A stretch of DNA of 64,000 nucleotides from an uncultured virus (IMG/VR IMGVR_UViG_3300020049_007132) (taxonomy: Duplodnaviria; Heunggongvirae; Uroviricota; Caudoviricetes; Crassvirales): the IMG/VR virus record IMGVR_UViG_3300020049_007132; one strand, 5' to 3'. Under the pieces are notes generated by a model. That model was not told the DNA's origin. It saw only the letters and a list, made by a program, of their open reading frames with translations, and made no database searches. This document shows, in pieces, positions 15,582 to 25,199 of the stretch (the first letter of the stretch is position 1; each line of letters opens with the position of its first letter). The position numbers and the translations under genes were made by a program.

Positions 15582-15803
15582 ATGTTAATCGTCACTAAAA
15601 ATATTTTTGACATGAAAAAAATAATGAGAATTGGTTTCGGTTTGATAATTGGAATTATTACTTTATTTATAAGTCGGTTTATGTTAATGGAAATCAGTAT
15701 TGCGTATTCTATCGAAATGTTGGATGGTTTTTATACAGGATATTTTTGTGGCATAATTACGTTGGCTGCTATTGTGTGTTTCTTTGAAATGTGTTCTGAA
15801 TAA
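15582..15803 (+). CDS. Small two-TM membrane protein (likely start MKKIMR, 15612)
   Basis: Two hydrophobic segments; promoter/operator at about 15555-15573. Confidence 0.55.
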   Translation: MLIVTKNIFDMKKIMRIGFGLIIGIITLFISRFMLMEISIAYSIEMLDGFYTGYFCGIITLAAIVCFFEMCSE

Positions 15804-15840
15804 TTAACAATAAATAAATTCACACCTAAAAAAACAAACA

Positions 15841-16077
15841 ATGACTAACAGAGGAGATCAACCTGCATATTCCAACACGTACAAAAACAACGATGGAACA
15901 TTAGACTATGAATCAGGAATGACTATCAGAGAAAAGATAGCAGCACAATGTTTGGCAGGTATATTATCTAATCCTGATAAAAGCATGAACCATTGGGGGT
16001 ATGATGAATTTGCTATGAGTGCGGTAAGAAGTGCTGATGCGTTGATCGTTGAATTATCTAAGCCAACTGAAAAATAA
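15841..16077 (+). CDS. Conserved small phage protein (GMTxR..AA..L.G family)
   Basis: PAY...GMTIREKIAAQCLAGILSN...AVRSADALIVEL. Confidence 0.75.
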   Translation: MTNRGDQPAYSNTYKNNDGTLDYESGMTIREKIAAQCLAGILSNPDKSMNHWGYDEFAMSAVRSADALIVELSKPTEK

Positions 16078-16096
16078 TTTTTTTTGTCGAAAACAT

Positions 16097-16128
16097 TTTG
16101 AAAACGAAATATTCGATTAGTACATTTG
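16097..16128 (+). promoter_or_regulatory. Bacteroidota-type promoter
   Basis: TTTG-N20-TACATTTG. Confidence 0.6.
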
Positions 16129-16132
16129 ACAA

Positions 16133-16252
16133 ATGAAAAAAAACATGGAAAGTATTTTTGAACCCATAGAAGAAGAAACAAAAATTGAAGATTTTTTAGT
16201 TGGAAGTGATCCAGGCGACGAACAAATAGAAATAACATTAATAGAAGATTAG
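16133..16252 (+). CDS. Highly acidic micro-protein (39 aa)
   Basis: MKKNMESIFEPIEEETKIEDFLVGSDPGDEQIEITLIED; first ORF after the promoter. Confidence 0.4.
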   Translation: MKKNMESIFEPIEEETKIEDFLVGSDPGDEQIEITLIED

Positions 16253-16379
16253 GTTTTTTTTGAGTGAGTGAAAGGAGAGCCGTCACCACATGAAGTTAAT
16301 TATTTTCTGACAAGGTGAAGTAAGTAATGGATTGTTGGTGGCGGTTTTTTAATTTTAAAAACAAAACAAATAATAAAAA

Positions 16380-16613
16380 ATGGATATTGAACAAGTAGTA
16401 GCAGAAAAGATTGCAGCACACACAAGGGAAACAACATTCACACCTGAAACAAGGTTAGGTGAAGAACTTGAACTTACAGCCGTTGACTTAGTGCAAATCA
16501 TCATGGCAGTAGAAAAAGAACTTGGAATACAAACCGATGAAGTGGACTATGATGATATGCTTACCATGAATGTTTCACAGCTTGTTTCTTTCATAAAAAA
16601 CTTCGTTCAATGA
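16380..16613 (+). CDS. Acyl carrier protein-like protein lacking the conserved Ser
   Basis: TPETRLGEELELTAVDLVQIIMAVEKELGI aligns to ACP 'DLGADSLDxVELVMALEEEFGI', with DSL replaced by TAV. Confidence 0.75.
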   Translation: MDIEQVVAEKIAAHTRETTFTPETRLGEELELTAVDLVQIIMAVEKELGIQTDEVDYDDMLTMNVSQLVSFIKNFVQ

Positions 16614-16767
16614 ACCTACGTTTACTCTTTGGAACAGTAAAAAACATTATACTTAATCAATATCAGTTTAGAAAGCAATGCAAACTTTCTTCTGATGAAA
16701 TAGAAAGGTATATATGTTTTGGTGCTGAAATCTGAAATTGTTTATCTAAAAATTTAAACCATAAAAA

Positions 16768-17793
16768 ATGAACTCACTTGAAAAGATTGTCAGCAATTCA
16801 GGACTTGACAAATCAAAATCCGATTACCTACTTGAAAAGTTTGCTGATTGTACTGCCGTTGCTGAATCATGGGCATTGAGGGCAAAAGAAATAGTTGTGA
16901 CAGATGAATCACAAGTTGAGTTGATGAAGCAAGCAAGCGAAGGAAGGAAGTTGCTTAAAACAAAGCGTGTAGAGATTGAAAAAACAAGGAAGGACTTAAA
17001 AGCTGCTTCACTTGCCGAAGGACGTGCCATTGATGATATTGCTAAAGCACTCACAGCACTTATTGAACCAACTGAACAATATTTACAGTTGCAGGAAGAT
17101 TTCAAAAAGATCAAAGAGCAGCAAAGAATAGTTGCCTTACGTGAACAAAGAATGAATGAGATTGTAACATTCATAACAACGGATGATTTAGTTGGTATGG
17201 GTGATTTGGGTGCAATGTCCGAATCTCAATATGGCATGTTATTCACAGGCATAAAAGTCGCTTACGAAAATAGAGTTGCCGCCGAAAAGAAGGAAAGAGA
17301 AGATGCAATCGCAAAAGAAGAACAAGACAAAAAAGAACGTGAAGCGCAACGCATCGAAAATGAAAGGTTGAAAAAGGAAGCTGATGAACGTGAAAAACAG
17401 TTTGCAGCAGAACGCAAAGCAGCACAAGAAAAAGCGGATAAAGAACGTGCAGAACTTGAAGCAAAAGCAAAAGAAGAAAGAGAAAAAGCAGCAGCCGAAG
17501 CCAAAAAGCAAAAAGAAATTCAGGATAAAAAACTAAAGGAAGAACGTGAAGCAAGAGAAAAAGTTGAAGCAGAATTAAAAGCGAAACGTGAACAGGAGCA
17601 AAAAGAAATTGAAGATGCAGAAAAATTAGCATCCGCAGGTGATAAAGAAAAAATCAAAGACCTGATTAAAAGGTTGCATGAATTTAACCTACCCGAAGTG
17701 AAAAGCAAAAAAGCAAAAGCAATAGTAACAGCAACACAAATTAAGATCACAGAATTGATTGATAACATTACTCAAAGCAGTTCAAAATTATAA
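16768..17793 (+). CDS. Coiled-coil phage protein
   Basis: 341 aa; IVVTDESQ...RVEIEKTRKDLK followed by a long E/K/A/R-rich helix. Confidence 0.8.
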   Translation: MNSLEKIVSNSGLDKSKSDYLLEKFADCTAVAESWALRAKEIVVTDESQVELMKQASEGRKLLKTKRVEIEKTRKDLKAASLAEGRAIDDIAKALTALIEPTEQYLQLQEDFKKIKEQQRIVALREQRMNEIVTFITTDDLVGMGDLGAMSESQYGMLFTGIKVAYENRVAAEKKEREDAIAKEEQDKKEREAQRIENERLKKEADEREKQFAAERKAAQEKADKERAELEAKAKEEREKAAAEAKKQKEIQDKKLKEEREAREKVEAELKAKREQEQKEIEDAEKLASAGDKEKIKDLIKRLHEFNLPEVKSKKAKAIVTATQIKITELIDNITQSSSKL

Positions 17794-17794
17794 T

Positions 17795-18850
17795 ATGGCA
17801 GAAGAAACAGAAGATTTAAAATCAGCACAGGTAGAAAGTATTCAGGCAGAAGAAGTTAATGCCATGTACTATGATGCAGGATTGATTGAGCCGAACTATA
17901 AGCTAAGACGCTTGAACACAATTCGGGGACGTGTGTATTTCCGTTTCGCAGATGAAGTAAATTTGCTTGAACCAATATTTTATGGCGGGACAACTAATAT
18001 GACGTCCGAAATTCCTAAGAGTGAACAACTCATTGATTGGTATGCAAGCAAAGGTTCTGAATGGGCTAAGAGAAACTATTTTCAGCGTATGCTTTTTGGG
18101 TCGTTAGAACATTCGATGCTTGCTGATTATGCCATATCTAAAAAATTAAACCTTGATGAAATTCCTGAACGTGTACGCAATTATTTCTTTACGCAAAATT
18201 TCTATTGCACCGAAAAGGAGTTGACGGATATGGCGACAGAGGCACAAATGGATTTTATTGGACTTTCACGTTGGATGCTTGATTATAAAGTACAATTAAT
18301 TGCCGTTGAAATACCTGTATTTAGTGATGTGGATTTTATGGCTACACAAATTGACCTCGTATGCCTTATTGAAGAAGATGAAGAATTTGAACGTGAAGGG
18401 TACAAGACAAAAGGTAAGCGTAAAGTTCCTGTTCTTGCATTGATAAATTACAAGTCAGGCAAAAGTGGTTTTTTTGACACGCACAGATTTCAGCTTGAAT
18501 CAGAAAAAAATATGTTCCTTGAGTGCTTCCCCGATTTCGCTAAATACAAAATCCGCACCTACAACTTGTCAGGAAAAAAATTCAGATCATTAAAGTGGGA
18601 CGGCAGAAGTCGCCCATATTTATTTTCAGACCAGACGGACAAGATTAACATTGACAGGTACAACGCTTACTTAGCATTAGCAAAAATAACAAGGGATGAA
18701 AGATTAGGCAAACCAATTCGTATCATCAAAGGAGAATTAAATTTCGGTGGCGACCCTTTACAATGTGTCGAAGAAAAAACATTGAAACAAATTGTTGAAC
18801 AAAATATGTGGCAGTCCTTTGTAAAAACATCAGCAAGCATACCACAATGA
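17795..18850 (+). CDS. PD-(D/E)XK exonuclease-like recombination protein
   Basis: GSLEH, IAVEIPVF...ATQIDLV...INYKSGK...FQL motif order; start moved to ATG 17795. Confidence 0.7.
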   Translation: MAEETEDLKSAQVESIQAEEVNAMYYDAGLIEPNYKLRRLNTIRGRVYFRFADEVNLLEPIFYGGTTNMTSEIPKSEQLIDWYASKGSEWAKRNYFQRMLFGSLEHSMLADYAISKKLNLDEIPERVRNYFFTQNFYCTEKELTDMATEAQMDFIGLSRWMLDYKVQLIAVEIPVFSDVDFMATQIDLVCLIEEDEEFEREGYKTKGKRKVPVLALINYKSGKSGFFDTHRFQLESEKNMFLECFPDFAKYKIRTYNLSGKKFRSLKWDGRSRPYLFSDQTDKINIDRYNAYLALAKITRDERLGKPIRIIKGELNFGGDPLQCVEEKTLKQIVEQNMWQSFVKTSASIPQ

Positions 18851-19308
18851 TTACCAAAAAGCAACCTATCTGTTCAGTCTGTAAACAACCATGTTCATTA
18901 TACAGGGTTGAAAGGGATGATATGAAAAGGAAGATTTACATTTGTTCAAAGCACCCCAAAGCATCCGATAAAAAAGAACAAACCGAACATGCAGCAAAAC
19001 TTGAAAAGTTCTATCAGGAAATACACAAAAAGTTTAACGGCATCTGTCAGGAAACAGGAAAACAATTAACCTACTCAAACAAACATTGCGCTCACATTTT
19101 ACCTAAAAGCAAGTATGACTATTTTGAATTTGATTTAAGAAATGCGATATTAGTGTCTTGGAACATTCATTCTATAATTGATAAAGGAAGTCCTGAACAA
19201 CGTAAACAATTAAAAGTATGGAAACGTATTCAGGATATACGAAGTAAATTGCTTGATGAAGTAGGGTTGACGTTTGATGAAAAACATTGGGAAATAGTGA
19301 CTTTTTAA
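18847..19308 (+). CDS. HNH/NinG-like nuclease
   Basis: N-terminal CxxC; CQETG...CAHILPKS...RNAILV...H. Confidence 0.6.
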   Translation: MITKKQPICSVCKQPCSLYRVERDDMKRKIYICSKHPKASDKKEQTEHAAKLEKFYQEIHKKFNGICQETGKQLTYSNKHCAHILPKSKYDYFEFDLRNAILVSWNIHSIIDKGSPEQRKQLKVWKRIQDIRSKLLDEVGLTFDEKHWEIVTF

Positions 19309-19309
19309 A

Positions 19310-19627
19310 ATGACAAGAGAAACAGAATTAAGAATCAAAAGAGAAAATAATCTTGTTGAAAAATGTCTGTTAATAGATAAAAAACAAGAATATAGCATAA
19401 GGCGTATAGGTAGCCAATTAAGAATACGAATTTACGACAGAGATAATAATAAGTGTCTTAGATGTGGCAGCAAAGAAAATTTAACCATAGATCATATTGT
19501 TCCTGTGTCAATGGGTGGAGTTAAAGAAAAATTTAATTTACAAACGCTATGTAAACATTGTAATCAATGGAAAGGCAGCAGGATAATAGATTTTCGCCAT
19601 AAACCAACAAAGAAAAGGACTGAATAA
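19310..19627 (+). CDS. HNH endonuclease
   Basis: RDNNKCLRCG...LTIDHIVPVSMGG...NLQTLCKHCNQWKG. Confidence 0.92.
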   Translation: MTRETELRIKRENNLVEKCLLIDKKQEYSIRRIGSQLRIRIYDRDNNKCLRCGSKENLTIDHIVPVSMGGVKEKFNLQTLCKHCNQWKGSRIIDFRHKPTKKRTE

Positions 19628-19630
19628 GAA

Positions 19631-19933
19631 ATGAAGCATTTTTACAACACCATTAATCAGCAAGGCAATGACTTAGCACAATCTGAAAAGAAAGCTAAAA
19701 GTCAGAATGAAATGATTTTTGCATTTTTTGAAAAGCATCCAAATGAGGAGTTCTCTCCGCCTCAAATCCAAGAAGCCCTTTCATTATACCACACCCCGAT
19801 AACAAGCATACGTAGAAGCATCACCACACTTACAAAAGATGGAAAGTTGATTAAAACCGAAAACCAAATAAAAGGCATTTACGATAAGCCTAACTACAAA
19901 TGGAGATTTCATTTTAAGTCAACACTTTTCTAA
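19631..19933 (+). CDS. Winged-helix DNA-binding protein
   Basis: FSPPQIQEAL...PITSIRRSITTLTKDGKLIKT. Confidence 0.7.
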   Translation: MKHFYNTINQQGNDLAQSEKKAKSQNEMIFAFFEKHPNEEFSPPQIQEALSLYHTPITSIRRSITTLTKDGKLIKTENQIKGIYDKPNYKWRFHFKSTLF

Positions 19934-20191
19934 ATGGAACTGATAAAATACGAAGCCGATAGTTATTGGTTAAAGGTAGCATACCGAAATTCAGGTGCTA
20001 CCATGTATCAAACAATTCCAATAGAAAGTCTTTATCATTGGGCAGTAAAACATGACAGGTTGAAGATGCTTGTTCCTATTTATGATGACGGTGTTGTTGT
20101 TGACCATGATGAAGTGCCGATAAGTTTTGAGGCTTATGTTCATACCCTTGATGGTGACGAGTTGTTGATGTATCTTAGGGATAGGTGTTGA
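19934..20191 (+). CDS. Hypothetical protein
   Basis: 85 aa, abutting the upstream stop. Confidence 0.65.
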   Translation: MELIKYEADSYWLKVAYRNSGATMYQTIPIESLYHWAVKHDRLKMLVPIYDDGVVVDHDEVPISFEAYVHTLDGDELLMYLRDRC

Positions 20192-20194
20192 TAA

Positions 20195-20226
20195 TTGTAT
20201 GATTATGAAATAATTATTTATATTTG
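20195..20226 (+). promoter_or_regulatory. Bacteroidota-type promoter
   Basis: TTG-N21-TATATTTG, followed by the palindrome ACGTGT-N6-ACACGT. Confidence 0.6.
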
Positions 20227-20252
20227 ACGTGTTAAACTACACGTTCTCATAG

Positions 20253-20699
20253 ATGAAGTCCCCTGACATTGGAGAGAAAACACGCAAAAACGTAATCGTT
20301 CATCATTACGAATACCACTATCTGCCAAAGGCATTGATGGATGAAATAGATAAGAAAGAAAAAGAACTTATAGAGTTAAAAAAGCAACTCCCCGCACGTA
20401 TCAGTATCTATCTTCCTAACTCACACCCTATCTTTGAAACAAGGTTGCTTAACCGTAATAAGGTAGTGGAATGGTCAAGTCATGTTTTAGTTGATGGAAA
20501 ACAAAAGCAATTACGTGAACTTGTATATGTACAAAAGGTAGATGAAAATGCAGACATAGCAAGTTCGGTGCATAGTTCAGTTCTTGATGCCATAGACTTT
20601 AGTAATGAGTACTATAATCATTTGGAATGTGTACACTTTGGAAGTAATACTATACTAAAACTTTCAGGATTTGATGTGAAAGATTTGAGTAAAAAATGA
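20253..20699 (+). CDS. Hypothetical protein
   Basis: 148-aa ORF. Confidence 0.7.
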   Translation: MKSPDIGEKTRKNVIVHHYEYHYLPKALMDEIDKKEKELIELKKQLPARISIYLPNSHPIFETRLLNRNKVVEWSSHVLVDGKQKQLRELVYVQKVDENADIASSVHSSVLDAIDFSNEYYNHLECVHFGSNTILKLSGFDVKDLSKK

Positions 20700-20950
20700 T
20701 GCCTTCCGTACTTATTGGTTGTCCTGTAAATGAAGTAAAAAGCTATTGTATTGAGGACTATTTAGAAAATATTTCCCGCCTTACTTACCAAAATAAAAAG
20801 TTCTATTTCGTTGATAATTCAGTAAACTTCGATTGGCATTTCGACACACCGTTCTACTTTGATATTTTCACAGCAGGAATAAGTGTTGTCAATCATCCGT
20901 ATATTTGTGAACATAGAAATTCAAGTTGGACGCTAATTAAAGACAGATAA
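20696..20950 (+). pseudogene. Internally deleted paralog of the glycosyltransferase at 25196-25891
   Basis: Matches both the N-terminus (LTYxNKKFYFVDNS.N.DWH) and the C-terminus (DTPFYFD...HxNSSW) of the 231-aa gene; about 147 central residues are missing in frame. Confidence 0.75.
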
Positions 20951-20954
20951 AAAG

Positions 20955-23738
20955 ATGGCAAAGTTATATTACACTTGGTCACAATACAAAAAGTATGAAC
21001 CTTTGGAGTATTCGGAATATCCGCAAGGGTTTGTGTATATATGTATTCAGACAACTAATTTAGGTGAATCACCTGTTTCAGCACCTCTAAAATGGAAACT
21101 TGCCTTTGGCAGTTCTTTTCCAGGCACAGTTTCAAGCATCACAGCCACATTACCTATTGCCGTATCACCTGACCCAATAACTACCACAGGAACAGTAACA
21201 AGTTCTATGGCTACCAATAAGCTGATAGGACGTTACACAGCAGGAACAGGTGTGATGCAGGAAATAACTATTGGTTCAGGGCTTACCCTTTCAGGTGGTG
21301 GTACTTTATCAGCAAGTATTGGTAGCATTGGTTGGTTGCTTGATGGAAATACAGTAGGAAGTGAAAAGTGGATAGGTACTATTGACAACTTCGACTTTCC
21401 GATAAGGACAAATAATGTCCAAATAGCGGAGTTTAGTGCAGCAGGAAACTTTGGAATAGGCGTTGCTCCAAATGCAGCGTATCGGTTACATAGCAAAGGT
21501 AGTGGGACTGTAAGTGCAACGTATTCTTTGTTTGCTGAAAATAGTGGTTCTACACAATCACTTGGATTTAGAGATGACGGTATTATTATAAGGAATGGTG
21601 CTGTTTACAGCGTAGAGGATGGTTCTTTTGCAAGAGAAAACACTTCTTGGGGACACAATTCATTAGCCTCTGCAACAGGAACAGAAAATGCAGCATTTGG
21701 TTTTCAGGCATTGTTATCAGTTGTTGGTGGTGTAAGATTAACAGCAATGGGAAATAATGCTGCCGTTTCCAATGTGTCAGGTAGTCAAGGTTCTTACTTC
21801 GGCTTTAAAGCAGGAGGACTTCATACAAGTGATGGTGCTTCTGTATTCGGTGAATTTTCTGCATACCACGCCACAACAGCAAGCTACATGACAGCAGTAG
21901 GTCATAGGACTATGGTAGATAGTTCTGTTACCGTTGGAATAACAGGTGGTAGTTATGTTACTGCTTTAGGTGCAGGTGCAGGGCAGAGAGGAACAAGTGC
22001 ATCGGTAAGTAATTCAACTTATTTAGGCTCAAGAACTATATCGGAAGGTTCAAATGAAGTAGTTATCGGTGGTATTGGCAATACTGATTTTTATTTTGGT
22101 ACAGGAAGATTTGGAACAGCAGGAAGTAGTACTCTTTATGGAATTACTATGCACCCAACATCACCTGCATCTGGAAGCACATTTTATGGCAATCAGACGG
22201 ATGCTAATGGAATAAATTGGACGTTTGCGGTATCACAAGCAACAGGAAGTGGAACAAGTGGTGATATGATTTGGCAGTATGCTCCATCAGGAAGCACAGG
22301 AACAACGCTTACAACTGCTACCACAGGAATGACCTTTAAGGGTACTACAGGGCAACTACAGTTTTCAACCATTGGCGCAATATTCAATCCATACGGAGTA
22401 TCATCAGGAAACACAGGCGAATTACGCTTTGCCGAACTTGCCGCAGGAGGAACTAATTATGTAGGATTTAAAGCGGCAGATGCTATAGGAACAACTGTAA
22501 TATGGACGCTACCCGATTCAGACAGCACAGGAACACAAGCACTTGTTAGTAATGGTAGCGGTGTATTATCATGGGCATCAATAGGGGGCGGTGGAACAGT
22601 AACAAGCGTATCAGGAACAGCTAATAGAATAACCTCAACAGGAGGCGCAACACCTGTCATTGACATATCAGCATCTTATGTTGGTCAAACATCAATCACT
22701 ACATTAGGAACGGTAACGACAGGTACGTTAAGCACAGGAGCAATAATAGGTGGTGTTACAATGACACTTGGAAGTGATGCCACAGGAGATATTTACTACC
22801 GCAATGCAGGAGGAGTATTAACAAGGCTTGCTATTGGTTCAAATACCGATATTCTTACCGTTACGGCAGGGCTTCCATCATGGACGACAGCACCAACAGC
22901 AGGAGCAAATACGGCACTATCAAACCTTGCATCGGTAGCTATCAACACAACGCTACTTCCTGGTTCTAACGACGGTGCTGCATTAGGTAGTGGTACACTT
23001 TCATTCTCTGATTTATTCCTTGCATCAGGTGGACTAATAAACTTCGCTAACGGCAACTCTGTTATCACCCATTCATCAGCAGTATTAACAGTTTCGACAG
23101 GTGATTTAAGGGTTACTACGGCAGGTACAAATGCTGCAAGCGTAGCCACATTGGACGGCACACAGACGCTTACAAATAAAACTATCACAGCATCTACCAA
23201 TGTATTAGGTACTGTCACCATGACATTGGGTAGTGATGCAACAGGTGATGTGTATTATAGGAGTGGTGGAAGTCTTTTGACAAGATTGGCGATAGGTTCA
23301 ACAGGTGATTCGCTAACAGTTGTTTCTGGCATCCCTGCATGGTCGCCAAAAGGATATGACCTTACAAGTCAAACAGCAAACGGTGTAACTGTAGGTTCAG
23401 GCGCAACGGTATATGCAGCCCCTTTCTTTGGAGGTTCTTTTAATGCCACCGAAGGAAATAGACAATTAACAATTAAGGTTGCAGGAACAGTTGGTAATTT
23501 ATATGTCAGGACAAATTCAGCACAATCAGGGTTAGGTAGTTTGGTTATAACGGTAAGGAAAAACGGAGCAGATACAGCCGTAACATTAACTATTGCAGCA
23601 GGTTCAGCAGCAGCAACATTTAGTGATGTTGCTAATACGGTAGCATTTGCAGCAGGTGATTTGATTGGATTTAAAGTGGTTAATAATGCAGCCGCTACTT
23701 CTGCCAATATAATGGAAGTAGGTGTGTTTGTAAAATAA
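20955..23738 (+). CDS. Large Gly/Ser/Thr-rich fibre/adhesin-like virion protein
   Basis: 927 aa; beta-roll-like (NxAxGxxA) repeats; duplicated VTMTLGSDATGDxYYR module. Confidence 0.7.
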   Translation: MAKLYYTWSQYKKYEPLEYSEYPQGFVYICIQTTNLGESPVSAPLKWKLAFGSSFPGTVSSITATLPIAVSPDPITTTGTVTSSMATNKLIGRYTAGTGVMQEITIGSGLTLSGGGTLSASIGSIGWLLDGNTVGSEKWIGTIDNFDFPIRTNNVQIAEFSAAGNFGIGVAPNAAYRLHSKGSGTVSATYSLFAENSGSTQSLGFRDDGIIIRNGAVYSVEDGSFARENTSWGHNSLASATGTENAAFGFQALLSVVGGVRLTAMGNNAAVSNVSGSQGSYFGFKAGGLHTSDGASVFGEFSAYHATTASYMTAVGHRTMVDSSVTVGITGGSYVTALGAGAGQRGTSASVSNSTYLGSRTISEGSNEVVIGGIGNTDFYFGTGRFGTAGSSTLYGITMHPTSPASGSTFYGNQTDANGINWTFAVSQATGSGTSGDMIWQYAPSGSTGTTLTTATTGMTFKGTTGQLQFSTIGAIFNPYGVSSGNTGELRFAELAAGGTNYVGFKAADAIGTTVIWTLPDSDSTGTQALVSNGSGVLSWASIGGGGTVTSVSGTANRITSTGGATPVIDISASYVGQTSITTLGTVTTGTLSTGAIIGGVTMTLGSDATGDIYYRNAGGVLTRLAIGSNTDILTVTAGLPSWTTAPTAGANTALSNLASVAINTTLLPGSNDGAALGSGTLSFSDLFLASGGLINFANGNSVITHSSAVLTVSTGDLRVTTAGTNAASVATLDGTQTLTNKTITASTNVLGTVTMTLGSDATGDVYYRSGGSLLTRLAIGSTGDSLTVVSGIPAWSPKGYDLTSQTANGVTVGSGATVYAAPFFGGSFNATEGNRQLTIKVAGTVGNLYVRTNSAQSGLGSLVITVRKNGADTAVTLTIAAGSAAATFSDVANTVAFAAGDLIGFKVVNNAAATSANIMEVGVFVK

Positions 23739-23744
23739 TTTCAA

Positions 23745-24251
23745 ATGGAACTTTGCCCCGATAAAACAAAAAGAGTTTATTGCCCTCCATTTGCAGAATA
23801 CTCATGCTATACAACACATAGTGATGGATATTGGGCTATAAAAAACGGCATTGGAGATACGGTATATAAATTTAAAAGTGACGAAGAATACAAAACTTCA
23901 TCACAATCAATGTGTGATGCAATACATGAAATGTATCTTTTGCTTTATCGTAAATATGATCTTCACAAAATAAAGAATGAACAATACTATATTAAGTCAT
24001 ACGATGAAGCAAACTTCCCACATAAAGCAATTTACAAAGGCTTTGAAGTAAAAAACAGACCTAATTATAATTCGTACACAAATTATTTTGGAGTTGGAAT
24101 ACATGATGCGCCTGTAACCCTTATTCGTGGTGACAAAAAAATAACCATATCAATAATGTATGTTTCATTTAAGATTGGGGACGAATTGGTTTTTGAAACC
24201 AAAGATGGGGTATTACCAAGCGATGAATTTGTGGAGAAATTTATTGCATAA
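23745..24251 (+). CDS. Hypothetical protein
   Basis: 168 aa, directly after the fibre-like gene. Confidence 0.65.
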   Translation: MELCPDKTKRVYCPPFAEYSCYTTHSDGYWAIKNGIGDTVYKFKSDEEYKTSSQSMCDAIHEMYLLLYRKYDLHKIKNEQYYIKSYDEANFPHKAIYKGFEVKNRPNYNSYTNYFGVGIHDAPVTLIRGDKKITISIMYVSFKIGDELVFETKDGVLPSDEFVEKFIA

Positions 24252-24315
24252 ATAAATAGGACATTTAAGTACAATCTTCAAAAATTTACTTATTTTTGTC
24301 ATATCAATTAATGTT

Positions 24316-24522
24316 TTGATACACGAATTTCAGAAACCATTTCCGGTATTGTTACAATGCGAAAACAACCTTTGGCAAGAGGGTTATGCTATCTACGTGG
24401 AATCATCTGGAGCATTTGAGAACGATATTTTCACTTGTGTGCTATGTGACAGTGGAATAGTTAGGCATTATACTACAAATCAAATCAGGGTTCATAACAA
24501 CGCAACATTTGGAATTAAATAA
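24316..24522 (+). CDS. Hypothetical phage protein
   Basis: EGYAIYV..SG.FENDIFTCVLCDSGIVRHY; TATTTTTG -7 box at 24291-24298. Confidence 0.6.
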   Translation: MIHEFQKPFPVLLQCENNLWQEGYAIYVESSGAFENDIFTCVLCDSGIVRHYTTNQIRVHNNATFGIK

Positions 24523-24706
24523 TAATTATATGGACGAACTGCAATCGGAACAATTAGTAAGAATGGAATGTCTTATCACCGCTTTTGAACATTACAACAC
24601 TTGCGTTGAAAACGGAATAGATACATTGTTCACACCATACGAATTATCAGAGCAAATGTACAAGTACATTATGGATAGAGAACTTCCAAAAGCAAACTTC
24701 AACTAA
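24509..24706 (+). CDS. Hypothetical protein (likely start MDELQ)
   Basis: RMECL motif, similar to 9694-9906. Confidence 0.55.
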   Translation: MELNNNYMDELQSEQLVRMECLITAFEHYNTCVENGIDTLFTPYELSEQMYKYIMDRELPKANFN

Positions 24707-24708
24707 TC

Positions 24709-24981
24709 ATGACCAATAAAATTTGGAGTGACACACACAAGATGAAAGACACAAGACATCAAAAGGTATTTCCTTCAACAGAAACAACACAAACAGAACA
24801 TTCAATACAAACAGTAACACAAGGTGGCTACACGAAGTTAGAACAGGCAGCTATAATGATAGCACAAGGGCTTGCTGAAAATCCTCTTTATGATGCCTAC
24901 AAAATGAGCATCCCTGAATTATCAGTAAGCATAGCCAATGCAATCTTTGACATGACACAAAAGCAAGAGAATGAAAAATGA
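24709..24981 (+). CDS. Small phage protein related to 15841-16077
   Basis: GYTKLEQAAIMIAQGL motif. Confidence 0.6.
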   Translation: MTNKIWSDTHKMKDTRHQKVFPSTETTQTEHSIQTVTQGGYTKLEQAAIMIAQGLAENPLYDAYKMSIPELSVSIANAIFDMTQKQENEK

Positions 24982-25199
24982 CTTTAGATGAACTGAAAAA
25001 AAAATACACATACCCTGATTACATATTAAAATGTAGTATAGGAAATGAAGTTGCGTCTTTCTTTATAGAAAGACAAAGTGATGGATACCCTATAATACAT
25101 ACATTAAAAAGTTCAAAAGGAAATGTTTTGACACAGCAGCAAAAAAATGATACCATAAAAGGTTTTATAGAAAGCGTTTTAAAACACATGCCATTATGA
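24978..25199 (+). CDS. Hypothetical protein
   Basis: 73 aa, ATGA-coupled. Confidence 0.6.
   Translation: MTLDELKKKYTYPDYILKCSIGNEVASFFIERQSDGYPIIHTLKSSKGNVLTQQQKNDTIKGFIESVLKHMPL

Noticed and set aside
16824..17768. Several minus-strand F/L/S-rich ORFs
   Set aside because: They are antisense artefacts of the K/E/A-rich coiled-coil gene; the same applies to antisense ORFs inside the structural genes.
20955..23738. Diversity-generating retroelement TR/VR pair
   Set aside because: The duplicated module is coding in both copies, differences are not adenine-specific, and no reverse transcriptase is visible.
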